Shown one piece after another: positions 19,751 to 29,700 of a DNA stretch of 64,000 nucleotides. A model generated the notes under the pieces. The model saw nothing but the letters and a program-made list of their open reading frames with translations, did no database searches and had not been told where the DNA came from. The DNA is taken from positions 64,001 to 128,000 of IMG/VR virus record IMGVR_UViG_3300018432_000001; one strand, written 5' to 3'. Each line of letters starts with the position of its first letter. Position 1 is the stretch's first letter. The position numbers were made by a program, and so were the translations under genes. Source of the DNA: a virus.

Positions 19751-20638
19751 ATGCCTATCGTGCTCCAGCCGATCGATCAGATCGCTAAAAAGGAGTTGGC
19801 TCAGCAGCTGGCCTGCTGGGCGCGGGCCGCCAACGGCCTGACCGACGTCGCCGTCCAGTACGGTACCTGCTGCGTCTCGCCGACCGGCGAGACGTTGGGG
19901 CGTTGGACGATCCCCAACGACCTCTGCACCACGTACGGTGAGCTTCCGTTCACCGGAAATAACGGGGAGACGATCGTCTGCCCGCCCGTCGGGTCGGCCG
20001 AGTACGTCTCGTACTACATCTACGACGAAGACGTCGACCCGATCGACGTGGACACCTGCACGCCGCTGGTGGCGCTCGATGCGCCGACTGCGCTCGCGGC
20101 CGGGACCCCGACCGACACCACCATCCCGCTGACCTGGGTCGCCTCGGCGAACGCCAACGGATACACGGTGTCGTACTCCTCGGACTCGGGCACGACCTGG
20201 CTGGAGGTACAGGCCACCGGCAGCCCGTTCACGCTGACGGGGCTGACGCCGGAGACGACGTACACCATCCGCATCCGCGCGACCGACTCGACGAATACGT
20301 TCGCGAAGTCGCCGTGGACGAGCACGGTCACCGCCACCACGGAGTCTTCGCTGCCTGAGCTGGACGTCCCAGAGAACCTGGCGACCGGTACTCCAGCGGC
20401 GACCGAGATGCCGCTGACCTGGGATGCGGTCACGAACGCCGTGTCGTACCACGTCCAGTACAAGACGACGGCATCGTCGACGTGGCTGGACTTCGCGACC
20501 GAGCCGGTCACGCCGTCGACCACGGTCACGGGCCTGGTGACCGCAACCAGCTACGACTTCCGGGTGCGCGCCAACGCCGACGACATCTCGTTCTCGGACT
20601 CGGACTACAGCGCGCCGGTCACCGAGACCACCGCGTAA
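19751..20638 (+). CDS. 2x fibronectin type III virion protein (paralogue of the previous gene)
   Basis: N-domain MPIVLQP.DQ....ELAQ.LACWA...CCVSPTG.TLGRW shared with 17512; two FN3 repeats. Confidence 0.85.
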   Translation: MPIVLQPIDQIAKKELAQQLACWARAANGLTDVAVQYGTCCVSPTGETLGRWTIPNDLCTTYGELPFTGNNGETIVCPPVGSAEYVSYYIYDEDVDPIDVDTCTPLVALDAPTALAAGTPTDTTIPLTWVASANANGYTVSYSSDSGTTWLEVQATGSPFTLTGLTPETTYTIRIRATDSTNTFAKSPWTSTVTATTESSLPELDVPENLATGTPAATEMPLTWDAVTNAVSYHVQYKTTASSTWLDFATEPVTPSTTVTGLVTATSYDFRVRANADDISFSDSDYSAPVTETTA

Positions 20639-20644
20639 GCGACA

Positions 20645-20689
20645 TGGAGGTGCCCGGCTCTCCTCGAAAGAGAGAGCCGGGCACCTCCA
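20645..20689 (+). terminator. terminator-like hairpin
   Basis: 18-bp inverted repeat TGGAGGTGCCCGGCTCTC / GAGAGCCGGGCACCTCCA after the FN3 genes. Confidence 0.7.
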
Positions 20690-20721
20690 GTTCCAACTTA
20701 TCGTCCCTTTTGGAGGGGTAT

Positions 20722-21474
20722 ATGCCGAGTATCAAGTGGTACCCGGACCGTACGGTACCGCGCAAGGGCAAGGCCCGCGTCATCGATGTGCCGCAGGCGT
20801 ACACGCTGTCCTTCGGGGATGGCAACACGATCGCGAAGGACGCCGACGACGTCTACCCGTACACCTATGCGGCGGCAGGCCCGTACGCGTTGAACGTGAC
20901 GCTGGTCGGCGAGACCGAACCGGCGGCGTCGCTGCTGCTGAACGTGCTGGACGCAACGGTCCCGAACGTGACTATCTCGGCTCCGGCCAACACGCAGAAG
21001 ATCCGGGTGGCGTTCAACGACCCCGAGATGCCCGTCGTGGGCCGCTACACGGTGGACTGGACGTCGACGGAGAGCGAAGATGTGCTCGCCGAGCCGGACA
21101 AGTACGTGGAGCGGCTCTTCGCGCCGGGCACGTATCCGATCCGGGTCACCGACCACTGGTCGGGACTGTCGGTGGTGCAAGACGTGGTGGTGGCGGCGGT
21201 GGCTGACGATCCGGGTTTTAGCCTCGCCGAGGACACGTCCGATGTCTCGCGGATGACAGCAGAGCTCGAAGTGCTCGCGGTTCCCTCGGCAGAACCCGAA
21301 GAGACTCTCACCGTCGACTGGGGCGATGGCCAAACCGAGACGCTCGCCGCCATCGTGGGCACAACGGCCTCACATGCTTACGCCTATGACGATGAGTACA
21401 TGGTGGAGCTCGCGTACACCGCTGAGCCCGCGAAGAACACCACGCAGTTCGTGTGGCTGCCGTTCACGGATTAG
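20722..21474 (+). CDS. PKD/Ig-like domain virion protein (250 aa)
   Basis: GGAGG RBS; YTLSFGDG...YTYAAAGPY, YTVDW...PGTY, VDWGDG...HAYAYD. Confidence 0.8.
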   Translation: MPSIKWYPDRTVPRKGKARVIDVPQAYTLSFGDGNTIAKDADDVYPYTYAAAGPYALNVTLVGETEPAASLLLNVLDATVPNVTISAPANTQKIRVAFNDPEMPVVGRYTVDWTSTESEDVLAEPDKYVERLFAPGTYPIRVTDHWSGLSVVQDVVVAAVADDPGFSLAEDTSDVSRMTAELEVLAVPSAEPEETLTVDWGDGQTETLAAIVGTTASHAYAYDDEYMVELAYTAEPAKNTTQFVWLPFTD

Positions 21475-21488
21475 TCCCGGAAGCAAGG

Positions 21489-21521
21489 AGCGGCCCTGAC
21501 GTTGCGCACGTCAGGGCCGCT
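21489..21521. terminator. hairpin between convergent PKD gene and tRNA-Met
   Basis: 13-bp inverted repeat AGCGGCCCTGACG / CGTCAGGGCCGCT. Confidence 0.7.
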
Positions 21522-21524
21522 TTG

Positions 21525-21598
21525 TCGCGGGGAGCGGATTTGAACCGCCGACCTTCAGGTTATGAGCCTGTTGAGCTACCGAACTGCTCCACCCCGCT
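21525..21598 (-). tRNA. tRNA-Met(CAT), initiator-type
   Basis: AGCGGGGTGGAGCAGTTCGGTAGCTC...CTCATAA...GGTTCAAATCC; 1-72 mismatch (A:G); D-arm like bacterial tRNA-fMet. Confidence 0.88.
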
Positions 21599-21792
21599 GC
21601 GCGTCTCTGAGTGTAGCTGGTGTGCGGTGACGTCCTTTTCGAGTTGGTCCATGAGGGCGACCGACGAGGTCGTGCCCACGTACAGGCACGCCATCCGAGA
21701 ATTCGGCAAAGAGTATACACAACACCCTCATGTCCGTTTTGTCGTCTATAGTATGAATGACGTGGGTTTTTATTGCTAAGGAGGTCAGGCTG

Positions 21793-23361
21793 ATGGCGAT
21801 CGCCCAGTACTCCGACCTGTTCTGGTATCCCTCAGGCACGCTGGCCACCGGCATCCAGGTACGCATCTTCGAACTCAACGACAACGTGTTCGCCCCGCTC
21901 TTCTCCGACCCCGCCGGAACCATTCCCCTTGCCAACCCGATGACCACCAGCGCCACCGGCACCATCTCGTTCTACGCCGAGCAGGGCGAGTACTGGATGC
22001 ACGCCGACTCCGAGAGTTTCCGGATCGGCGTCGGCCTGTCCCCGGTGACCCCGGAGACGATCGCCGCCATCGAAGCGGACGTGGCTGCGCTGCAAACCGA
22101 CATGACAGCGGTCGAAGGCGACGTCACGGGCCTGCAAACCGCCGTAGCTACTGCGCAGGGCGACATCACGGCACTTCAGGGTGATGTAACGGCAGCGCAA
22201 GGGGACATTACTGCCTTGGAAGGGAACGTCGGAACCCTCCAGACCGACATGACCACCGCGCAGGGCGACATCACCGCGCTGCAGACCGGTTTGGGCACCG
22301 CGCAGGGCGACATCACCGCGCTGGAAGGCGACATGGCTACCGCGCAGGGCGACATCACCGCGCTGGAAGGCGACATGGCTACCGCGCAGGGAGACATCAC
22401 CGCGCTGGAAGCGGCCATCGAGGTCACGGAAAAGGCGGCAGCATCCACACTGTCGACAGGCGTCTCTGCCGGTGGTGAGTTGAACGTCAACGGTGTGAGT
22501 TCTTCGGCGATTGATATCGCTCCGCTGGTCGGGTACATCACGTCGTTCGACATCGATCCGTTCAATCCTGCCATCACCCGCATCGAATACCCCGGCGGGA
22601 CTGTGGAGATGGACGCGGGCGCGCTCTCGCGGACCGCAACGGCGTGGTTGATGGACGTCAACCAGGTGATTACGCAGCAGGCGACGCCGCCCACGAATTC
22701 GCAGCGTCGCACCCACATCTTCTTGGGTATCACCGCGCAAGTCGGCGGCGTCATCATCGTCGACCAGACGTTGCAGACCATTCTGCAACAACCCGCCAAC
22801 CAACTGTCCGACCTGCTGAACTCGCTCGGCGCGTTCAACATCTCGGGGAACATCATCTCTGCCAACGGCGCGAACCTCATGATCAACCAAACGGCTGGAA
22901 CGATGTTCGCCCAGTCGTTCAACCACTTCATGGGCCCCGTGCAGACCAACGACCCGCATGTGAACACGACGATGGCGCAGACCCCGGCGAACTTCCGGTA
23001 CGCCACCCGCGACCCGAACACGCCGTTCGGGCTGCTTCGCAACACCATCGACGTCGCGAACTACGACAACGCAGGCGTCATCACGCCGATCGGCGGCGGC
23101 GCGAACTCCGCGACGATTCACCGCGTGTACCTGTTCGCGAACAACACCGCGAACGAGCAGATCGCCATCCAGTACGGGCAGAGCGTCTATGCGTCGCTGT
23201 CCGCAGCCGTCAACGCCATCGGTTCGGGCACGTTCGTGCAGAACCCGCTCATGAACGCCGCTGCCCTGCTGGGGCACATCTGCGTCATCCGGACCGCAAC
23301 CAGCCTCGCCGACCCCGCGCAAGCCATCTTCGAAACCGCCGGAAAGTTCGACACCCCGTAA
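21793..23361 (+). CDS. coiled-coil fibre / minor structural protein (522 aa)
   Basis: AAGGAGG RBS; N-terminal anchor (LFSDPAG...ANP......G...FYA); heptad repeats QGDITAL; beta-rich C-terminus. Confidence 0.75.
   Translation: MAIAQYSDLFWYPSGTLATGIQVRIFELNDNVFAPLFSDPAGTIPLANPMTTSATGTISFYAEQGEYWMHADSESFRIGVGLSPVTPETIAAIEADVAALQTDMTAVEGDVTGLQTAVATAQGDITALQGDVTAAQGDITALEGNVGTLQTDMTTAQGDITALQTGLGTAQGDITALEGDMATAQGDITALEGDMATAQGDITALEAAIEVTEKAAASTLSTGVSAGGELNVNGVSSSAIDIAPLVGYITSFDIDPFNPAITRIEYPGGTVEMDAGALSRTATAWLMDVNQVITQQATPPTNSQRRTHIFLGITAQVGGVIIVDQTLQTILQQPANQLSDLLNSLGAFNISGNIISANGANLMINQTAGTMFAQSFNHFMGPVQTNDPHVNTTMAQTPANFRYATRDPNTPFGLLRNTIDVANYDNAGVITPIGGGANSATIHRVYLFANNTANEQIAIQYGQSVYASLSAAVNAIGSGTFVQNPLMNAAALLGHICVIRTATSLADPAQAIFETAGKFDTP
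22297..22410 (+). repeat. 42-bp tandem repeat (14 aa, TAQGDITALEGDMA)
   Basis: ACCGCGCAGGGCGACATCACCGCGCTGGAAGGCGACATGGCT twice plus a partial copy; degenerate copies upstream. Confidence 0.9.
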
Positions 23362-23372
23362 GGAGATAGGTC

Positions 23373-24212
23373 ATGCCGGTCATCAACGTCGCGCCGACCG
23401 TCGCGGACGGTGAGGGAAACGCGCTGTACCCGTGCGAGCCGTGGCCGATCAACCCTGTGTGCTGCCCAGGGTGGCCTGCCGACCCGGCCGAGTGGGACCC
23501 CGCGCATTATGACGCTCAGTGGCTGGCCACGGTCGAGCTCTGGCGCGCGGTCGCCGGAGTCATCGGGCTGTGCCGGACCACTGAGCTGCCGTGTCTGGAC
23601 CAGTGCGTGGCGCGCCCGCTGGAGGCGTACTGGATGCGTCCCTACCGGGACGTCAACGGCGCCTGGTTCAACTCCAAGTGCGGATGCCGCGATACGTGCT
23701 CGTGCTCGCAGCTGTGCACGGTAACCCTCCAGGGGCCGGTGTACTCGATTGAGTCGGTCACCGTCGACGGCGTCGCCCTGGAGAGCGATGAGTGGAAGCT
23801 GCTCACCAACAACCGGCTCGCCCGCTGCGGCGGATGCTGGCCCGCCTGCCAGGACTACTGCACCGAGGACGGTCTCGTCGTCACCTACCTGCGCGGCATT
23901 CCGCCAGGCCTGGACGCCATCCGCGCCGTCAGCATCCTCGCCTGCCGCCGACTCCAAGAATGCCCACCAAGTGGCGGCGACTGCGGCACACTGCCCTCCG
24001 GCGTCACCAGCATCAACCGTGAAGGGCTGAACATGCAGCTGGACTCGACCATCGGGGCCGGGGAAGACGGCGTCATCCACTTCACCGGCATCGCCCGGGT
24101 TGATCGATGGATCGCTTCGATCAACCCCTACGGCGTCACCTCGAACCCATCCGTGTGGTCGCCCGACGTCGACACCTCGCAGGTCTGGCGCACCGGCACG
24201 GTGACGCCATGA
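23373..24212 (+). CDS. head-to-tail adaptor
   Basis: A...LW.....G.C, W.N..CGC...CSC, GPV..I..V.VDG, WP.CQD, LP..VTS, VD.WI...NP, SPD. Confidence 0.78.
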   Translation: MPVINVAPTVADGEGNALYPCEPWPINPVCCPGWPADPAEWDPAHYDAQWLATVELWRAVAGVIGLCRTTELPCLDQCVARPLEAYWMRPYRDVNGAWFNSKCGCRDTCSCSQLCTVTLQGPVYSIESVTVDGVALESDEWKLLTNNRLARCGGCWPACQDYCTEDGLVVTYLRGIPPGLDAIRAVSILACRRLQECPPSGGDCGTLPSGVTSINREGLNMQLDSTIGAGEDGVIHFTGIARVDRWIASINPYGVTSNPSVWSPDVDTSQVWRTGTVTP

Positions 24213-24433
24213 TCCCGTTGATCGTGAGTCTGGTCTACACCGTTGCCATGCTGTTCACCGCACGCATGCTCTACCGCAACGCCGTCACCAGCGGCTTCGA
24301 CGTCACCACTCCCGCGCGCCTATTCATGGGCGTCGGCTTCGCCCTGATCTATGCGCTGGCATGGCCGCTGCTGCTGCTGGGCATCGGGGCGGTGCGTTTC
24401 ATCGTGCACCGCGCCAAGGGAGACGTCGCGTGA
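24209..24433 (+). CDS. small two-TM membrane protein (74 aa)
   Basis: ATGA and GTGA overlaps with both neighbours; two hydrophobic helices; holin possible but unsupported. Confidence 0.65.
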   Translation: MIPLIVSLVYTVAMLFTARMLYRNAVTSGFDVTTPARLFMGVGFALIYALAWPLLLLGIGAVRFIVHRAKGDVA

Positions 24434-25095
24434 ACGTCCTGGACTACCTCGAAGACGAGCTGCTGTCGTGCCTGTGCTCGATGCTGCGCACCGAAGGGCG
24501 TCCAGCTTGCGAGTGCCATCACTTCGGCGGTGACGTGCCGCCAGTCGGGGACCGCTGCCAAGCCAACACTGCCGGAGAGAACGGTCAAGTCTGGGTTCGC
24601 CGCATCTCGCAGGCGATCGAGGTCGATCCCGAAGACATCACGTTCGGTGGCCTCCCGTGCGCGAGTTCCTGGCAGGCGCAGATCGAGCTGGGCATCTACC
24701 GGTGCATCACCGCCATCCCCGACGACAACGGGAATGCACCATCACCGGCGGCCTACGACGCCGACCGGGATCTGCTCGTCGCTGATCGGGCGACCCTCGC
24801 GCAGGTGCTGTGCTGCTGGCCACTGGTCGGTGAGGCGCCCACTCCGGTGCCCTTCGACCTGCCTATCTCGGTGATCGCGGCGCAGATCCTGCCACTGGGG
24901 CCCACCGGAGGGTGTGCCGGTTCGATCTTGACGCTCGTTGTCAACGCGCCGCTCATCGTCGAAGAGCCCGTGGCGCAGCTGGTCGCCGGTGTCGATGCCG
25001 ATCCTGCCGACCCGAGTGGTCAGACCGCCGTGGTCACCTGGCGAAACGAACCTGCGGAGGAGGTCTTCATTTCGCGTCCAGCCGGAGGTGGTTAA
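24430..25095 (+). CDS. putative tail terminator / connector (221 aa)
   Basis: GQVWVR, IELGIYRC, GPTGGC.G motifs; position after the adaptor. Confidence 0.6.
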   Translation: MNVLDYLEDELLSCLCSMLRTEGRPACECHHFGGDVPPVGDRCQANTAGENGQVWVRRISQAIEVDPEDITFGGLPCASSWQAQIELGIYRCITAIPDDNGNAPSPAAYDADRDLLVADRATLAQVLCCWPLVGEAPTPVPFDLPISVIAAQILPLGPTGGCAGSILTLVVNAPLIVEEPVAQLVAGVDADPADPSGQTAVVTWRNEPAEEVFISRPAGGG

Positions 25096-25577
25096 TGGTC
25101 ATCCGGTTGCGCGTAACGCGCGTCGACATCAACATGGCCGAAGCCAACCGGTTGCTGAACTCTCCGCAGGGCGAAGTGGCGTCGTTGGTGGTGCTGACGT
25201 CGCAGCGGGTGCGGGCGATGTGCGTGCAGCAGACCCCTGTGCAGGACGGCGACATGAAGGCCAGCTACGGGTTCGCGCTGCGTGTGCGGCCCTTCCGGTA
25301 CATCATGGGCCGCGTTATGAACTTCGACGAGGCGGCGCTGTGGGTGCAGATCGGCACCGGGATCTATGGCAAACGGGGACGACCGATCACGCCGAACACG
25401 AAGCGGTTCCTGCGGTTCGAAGGCAAACGAGATGGTGCGCTGCTGTATCGGCGGTCGGTGAAAGGACAACCGGCAAACCCGTTCATGTTGCGTGGCCTGA
25501 TCAGGGGGACGTCGGGGCGCCAGCGGTGGGTGATCACGCCCGGTTCGGGGGTGCGGAACATCGGGTCGGGACCGTGA
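25095..25577 (+). CDS. HK97 gp10-like neck/tail completion protein (160 aa)
   Basis: PV.DG.M..S, A.WV..GTGIYG, I.P......LRF, V.G....PF. Confidence 0.7.
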   Translation: MVIRLRVTRVDINMAEANRLLNSPQGEVASLVVLTSQRVRAMCVQQTPVQDGDMKASYGFALRVRPFRYIMGRVMNFDEAALWVQIGTGIYGKRGRPITPNTKRFLRFEGKRDGALLYRRSVKGQPANPFMLRGLIRGTSGRQRWVITPGSGVRNIGSGP

Positions 25578-25632
25578 CACACCGGAACCCAAATGTCTGA
25601 TTTAGTCGCATTAGTAGGGTTAGATCCTTTAT

Positions 25633-26145
25633 GTGACTGATGATCTGTTTACCTCGCGTCCGCTGGCCGATGCCCAGAAGCAGTACGCCAAGACCAGCCC
25701 CGCCGCGCAGCCGCAGAACGGGGCCCAGCCGCAGCGGGCCATCCGGCCGCAGCCCATTCTCGACATCAACCTCGACGATGTTCCCGAGACTTCCTACGCC
25801 GAATTCGTGTTCCAGCTCAAAGGCAACATCTACACCCTCGGCATCGACGACGACACCGTGCTGTTCGACATCGCCGAGATGAGCATGGACGAGGTCAGCC
25901 CCACCGACCTCTTCGAGTACTTCTTCGAACGCACTTTCCGGCGCGCCGTCGACGAGAACGGCGACGAGATCGACGACGGCCTCGGCGTGCTCCTGCGGGC
26001 CACCGCCGCCCGCCCGCGCGACAACTCCCGTCCGGTGCCCAGGCAGCAGCTGCTGCGGATCATGAACACGGCCGTCGAGGACTGGATGGGCGAGCTCACC
26101 GACACGAACATGCGGCCTAAGCGCCGTTCGGGTCGCCGTCGTTGA
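25633..26145 (+). CDS. putative tail assembly chaperone
   Basis: Acidic 170-aa ORF upstream of the tape measure gene (positional). Confidence 0.55.
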   Translation: MTDDLFTSRPLADAQKQYAKTSPAAQPQNGAQPQRAIRPQPILDINLDDVPETSYAEFVFQLKGNIYTLGIDDDTVLFDIAEMSMDEVSPTDLFEYFFERTFRRAVDENGDEIDDGLGVLLRATAARPRDNSRPVPRQQLLRIMNTAVEDWMGELTDTNMRPKRRSGRRR

Positions 26146-26672
26146 TCTCCTCGTTCGCCACCACTGTCCACATGCCTGGGATCTCGCCCGACCGCGTGCT
26201 GCTGCGCATCGACGACGAGGACTTCGAGTTGCCGGTTCCAGGCGCGCAGCGCCTCCTGGACATCGGTGCCTCCTACGGATGGCGCCATCTCATGCCCGAC
26301 GGCCTGGTCACGGTGGACAAGGAGCGCATGTACGAGCGCCTGAAAGACCCCGAGGACTTGATGAGCTGGAAGCGGCTGCACGTGATCGCGCAGCCGCTGG
26401 GGCTCTATCTCTACGGGTTCCCGTTCTTCGTGGCCTCGCGCGCGCTGGGAACGCTGCGGCACTACCTCACGTCGTTTCGCATGTGGTCGGTATGCAACCT
26501 GCGGATCGATCTGGCCACGGCGAGCGCGGCCGACTGGTGCGCGGCGGCGGTGACGTGGCTGGTGCAGACCGGTGACAAGGAGGAGAAGCGGCTGGAGATG
26601 TGGGCGCAGCTGACGACGCCGGGGGTGTTGCCCATGGAAGCGCCGGGGGTGAGCCCCGATTGGATGGCTTAA
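26142..26672 (+). CDS. putative tail assembly chaperone 2
   Basis: Immediately before the tape measure gene; G.PFF.A.R motif; start 26142 (TTG) or 26172. Confidence 0.55.
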   Translation: MISSFATTVHMPGISPDRVLLRIDDEDFELPVPGAQRLLDIGASYGWRHLMPDGLVTVDKERMYERLKDPEDLMSWKRLHVIAQPLGLYLYGFPFFVASRALGTLRHYLTSFRMWSVCNLRIDLATASAADWCAAAVTWLVQTGDKEEKRLEMWAQLTTPGVLPMEAPGVSPDWMA

Positions 26673-26739
26673 CTAACCACAAGACGTACCATAATACCCG
26701 TATGCCCGATTTGTGATCTAATGAGAACTTGGGGGGGTT

Positions 26740-29700
26740 ATGGCAGTAATTGCGACTGCAGAAGTTCGCGTTGTCGCCGACACCTCCCGGTTCCTCTCCA
26801 ACCTGCGGCGCCAACTGCGCGGTGCCTTCAGCCAAATCGGCGCCCAAGCTGCCCAGCAGTTCACCAACGCCTTCAACCAGAACATCGGCAACCAGTTCAC
26901 CGGCGGTCTTCGCCGCGCAGGCCAGCAAGGTGGCGTCTCCTTCACCGACGGATTGCGCACCGCCCTGCGCCGAGGGCTGCGCGGCATCCAGATCCTCGGC
27001 TTCCTCAACCTCGCCATCGTCCAAGGCCTCCAAGGGGCTGCGCAGCTGGTCTCCAGGGGGTTGCGCGTTGCCTTCGTGGAGGGTGGCCGTGGCATCGTCA
27101 CCGCGTTCCAGAACGCCGTGGTCAACCCCCTACGCACCTTGATCGGGAACCTCTTCGGCCGGGCGCTGAACGCCACGCTGTCGCGTCTGGCACCCCTGTT
27201 CGCCGCTGCCGGAGCCGCAGCCCGCAACGCCTTCTTCAGCCAGATGGCCGGAATCGGCGCGGCCATCACGAATTTCATCAACAGCCCCGTCGGCCAGGCA
27301 CTGGGTCGCATCCCGGCGCTGTTCCGCGCCGCAGGCGACCTCGCTCGTGAGGCGTTCTTCCAGCGTATGGCCGGAATCGGCGCGGGCATCATGAACATCA
27401 TCGAAGGGCCGATCGGGCGCGCCGCCACCCGCATCGGGCAGCTCTTCGGCGCGGCCGGTGACCTGGCGCGCGAGTCGTTCTTCCGCAGTATGGCGGGCAT
27501 TGGCGCCGGGATCACGAACTTCATCGAGAGCCCGGTCGGCCGGGCACTGGGCAGGCTTCCCGCGCTGTTCCGCGCCGCAGGCGACCTGGCCCGCGAGGCG
27601 TTCTTCCAGCGCATGGCGGGCATCGGTGCGCTCATCACCAATGTTCTGGAAAGTCCGATCGGACGTGCCCTGGGTCGCCTCCCGGCGCTGTTCCAGGCGT
27701 TCGGCACCCGTGCCAGTGATGCGTTCGGGCGCGGTCTGCTGCGGTTGCGCACAGCGGGTACGACGGCCGTCAACAACATCACGCAGGCGATCAACCGTGC
27801 AGGTCCACGTATTCAGGCAGCGGCCACCCGTGCGTTCGGTCCCGCTGCGCAGAGCGTCCAGCGGGCCTTCAACCTCATCCCCTGGGCACGCATCGGCCAG
27901 GGCATCGGCCAGTTGTTCGGCCGGGGTGTCGGCGATGGAGCTGAGGAGGAGACGCAGCGGCGCGGCCAGAGCATCGGCGCGCGCTTCGGATCGGCCATGA
28001 CCCGAGGCCTCACCGCCGGGCTGCGCGGCCTCAGCACCGCACTTGCGTCCATCTCGCTGCGGCCCTTGCAAGCCTTGGCCGGAATCTTGGGCAACGCCAC
28101 CAGCGAGATGATCTCCATGGCGGCTCAGGCCCTGGTCGTGGTCGGCCTCCTGGAGTCGCTCTCAGGCGCCCTGTTCGCACTCCCCGCCGTGCTCAACGTC
28201 GTAGGCGCCGGTGTCGCCACCGTCGCCATCGCCTTCAACGGCTTCGGCGCCGCTATCGGCGCGGCCTTCGAAGACACCGCCGCCTTCGAAGAGGCGCTTG
28301 AAGGCCTCGCTCCAGCGGCCCAGAGCGTCGCCCGCGAGTTCCAGGCCATCGCCCCCGCGCTCACCGACATGCGCCTGGGCGCGCAGGAGGCACTGTTCTC
28401 CCAGCTCGCAGGCACCATCACTGCCGTTGCCGATAACCTGCTCGGCCCCCTCAGCGAGGGCCTGAACCTCGCTGCCGCGTCTTTCGGGGGGATCGTCGCC
28501 GGGATCGGCGAGTTCCTCGCCCAGAGCGCCACCGCTGGCACCGTTACCGCCACGTTCGCGACGCTTTCCGCCATCTTCGACGCGCTCGCGGTGTCCACAG
28601 TGCCATTCCTGGAGGCGATGCGCCTCCTGGCCGACACCTTCCTGCCTCGAATCGCCGAAGCAGCCGGTCCCCTCGCCGGGCTCGGCGCCCAGTTCCAGGC
28701 CTGGACTGAGCAGGTCGTCGCCTCCGGCGACGCCATGGCCGCCTTCGACTTCGCCATTCAGGTGTTTCAGCAGCTCGCCGGGGTAGTCGGCAGTCTCGCC
28801 GGGATCTTCCAGGCAGTCTTCTCAGCTGCCGAGCTCGCCGGTGTCGACGCGCTGGGCGCCATCGGCGAAGGACTCGAAGTCGTCCGCACCACCTTCGAAT
28901 CGTTCGAGGGGCAAGCGGCCCTGGCAAACGTGTTCGCGGCCATCGGCACCACCGTGCAGGCCCTAGCGCCCGTCTTCGCCACCCTGGTGACCCAGCTCGG
29001 CCTCGTCTTCCCGATCGTCGGGCTGATCGCCGAGGCGCTGGGCCCCAGCTTGTCGGTCGTCCTCGAAGGACTCGGGCAGGCCCTGCTCGCCCTCGGCCCC
29101 GGCGTCGTCGAGGTCTTCGCCGGGATCGCCGCCGCCGCTGAAGCCATTGCCCCCTCCCTCGCCCCCCTTGGCGCGGCCATCGGCGCCGTACTGACAGCGA
29201 TCGCACCGATACTCCCTGTGATCGGCGAGCTGATCGGGATCGTCGTCACCCTCGGTGCGCAGATCCTCTCAGTGTTGGCAAGCGCGATCATGCCGATCGT
29301 GCAGGCGCTCGCAGGCGCCCTAGCTCCAGTTTTGCCCCTTATTGCCGATTTGTTCACCAGGCTGGTCACGGCGCTCGCGCCCGTGATCGAGGCTCTGGGC
29401 GCCGGGCTGGCAAGCGTTATCGCGACCCTGCTGCCGCCGATTCTGCAGCTCGTCGCCGCGCTCGCGGAGGCCTTGATGCCGATCATCGAGGCGCTTTTGC
29501 CCGTTTTGACCCCAATTATTGAGATTTTCTTCCAACTGGTCAATGTGATCGGTTCGTTGCTCGTTCCCATCATTTCCCTGCTTTTGCCCATTATTGAGGC
29601 ACTTAGTCCGGTTTTGCAGCTGGTCGGGCTCGTCCTCGCTCCCCTGCTGGAGCTCTTCTCGGCGATCCTGGAGCCGATCACCACGCTGATCACGCTGATC

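Noticed and set aside
24209-24433. Holin / lysis cassette
   Set aside because: Two TM helices only; no endolysin recognisable nearby or in the window
26100-26180. Programmed -1 frameshift between tail chaperone genes
   Set aside because: No X XXY YYZ slippery heptamer near the end of the first ORF; the second ORF has its own possible starts
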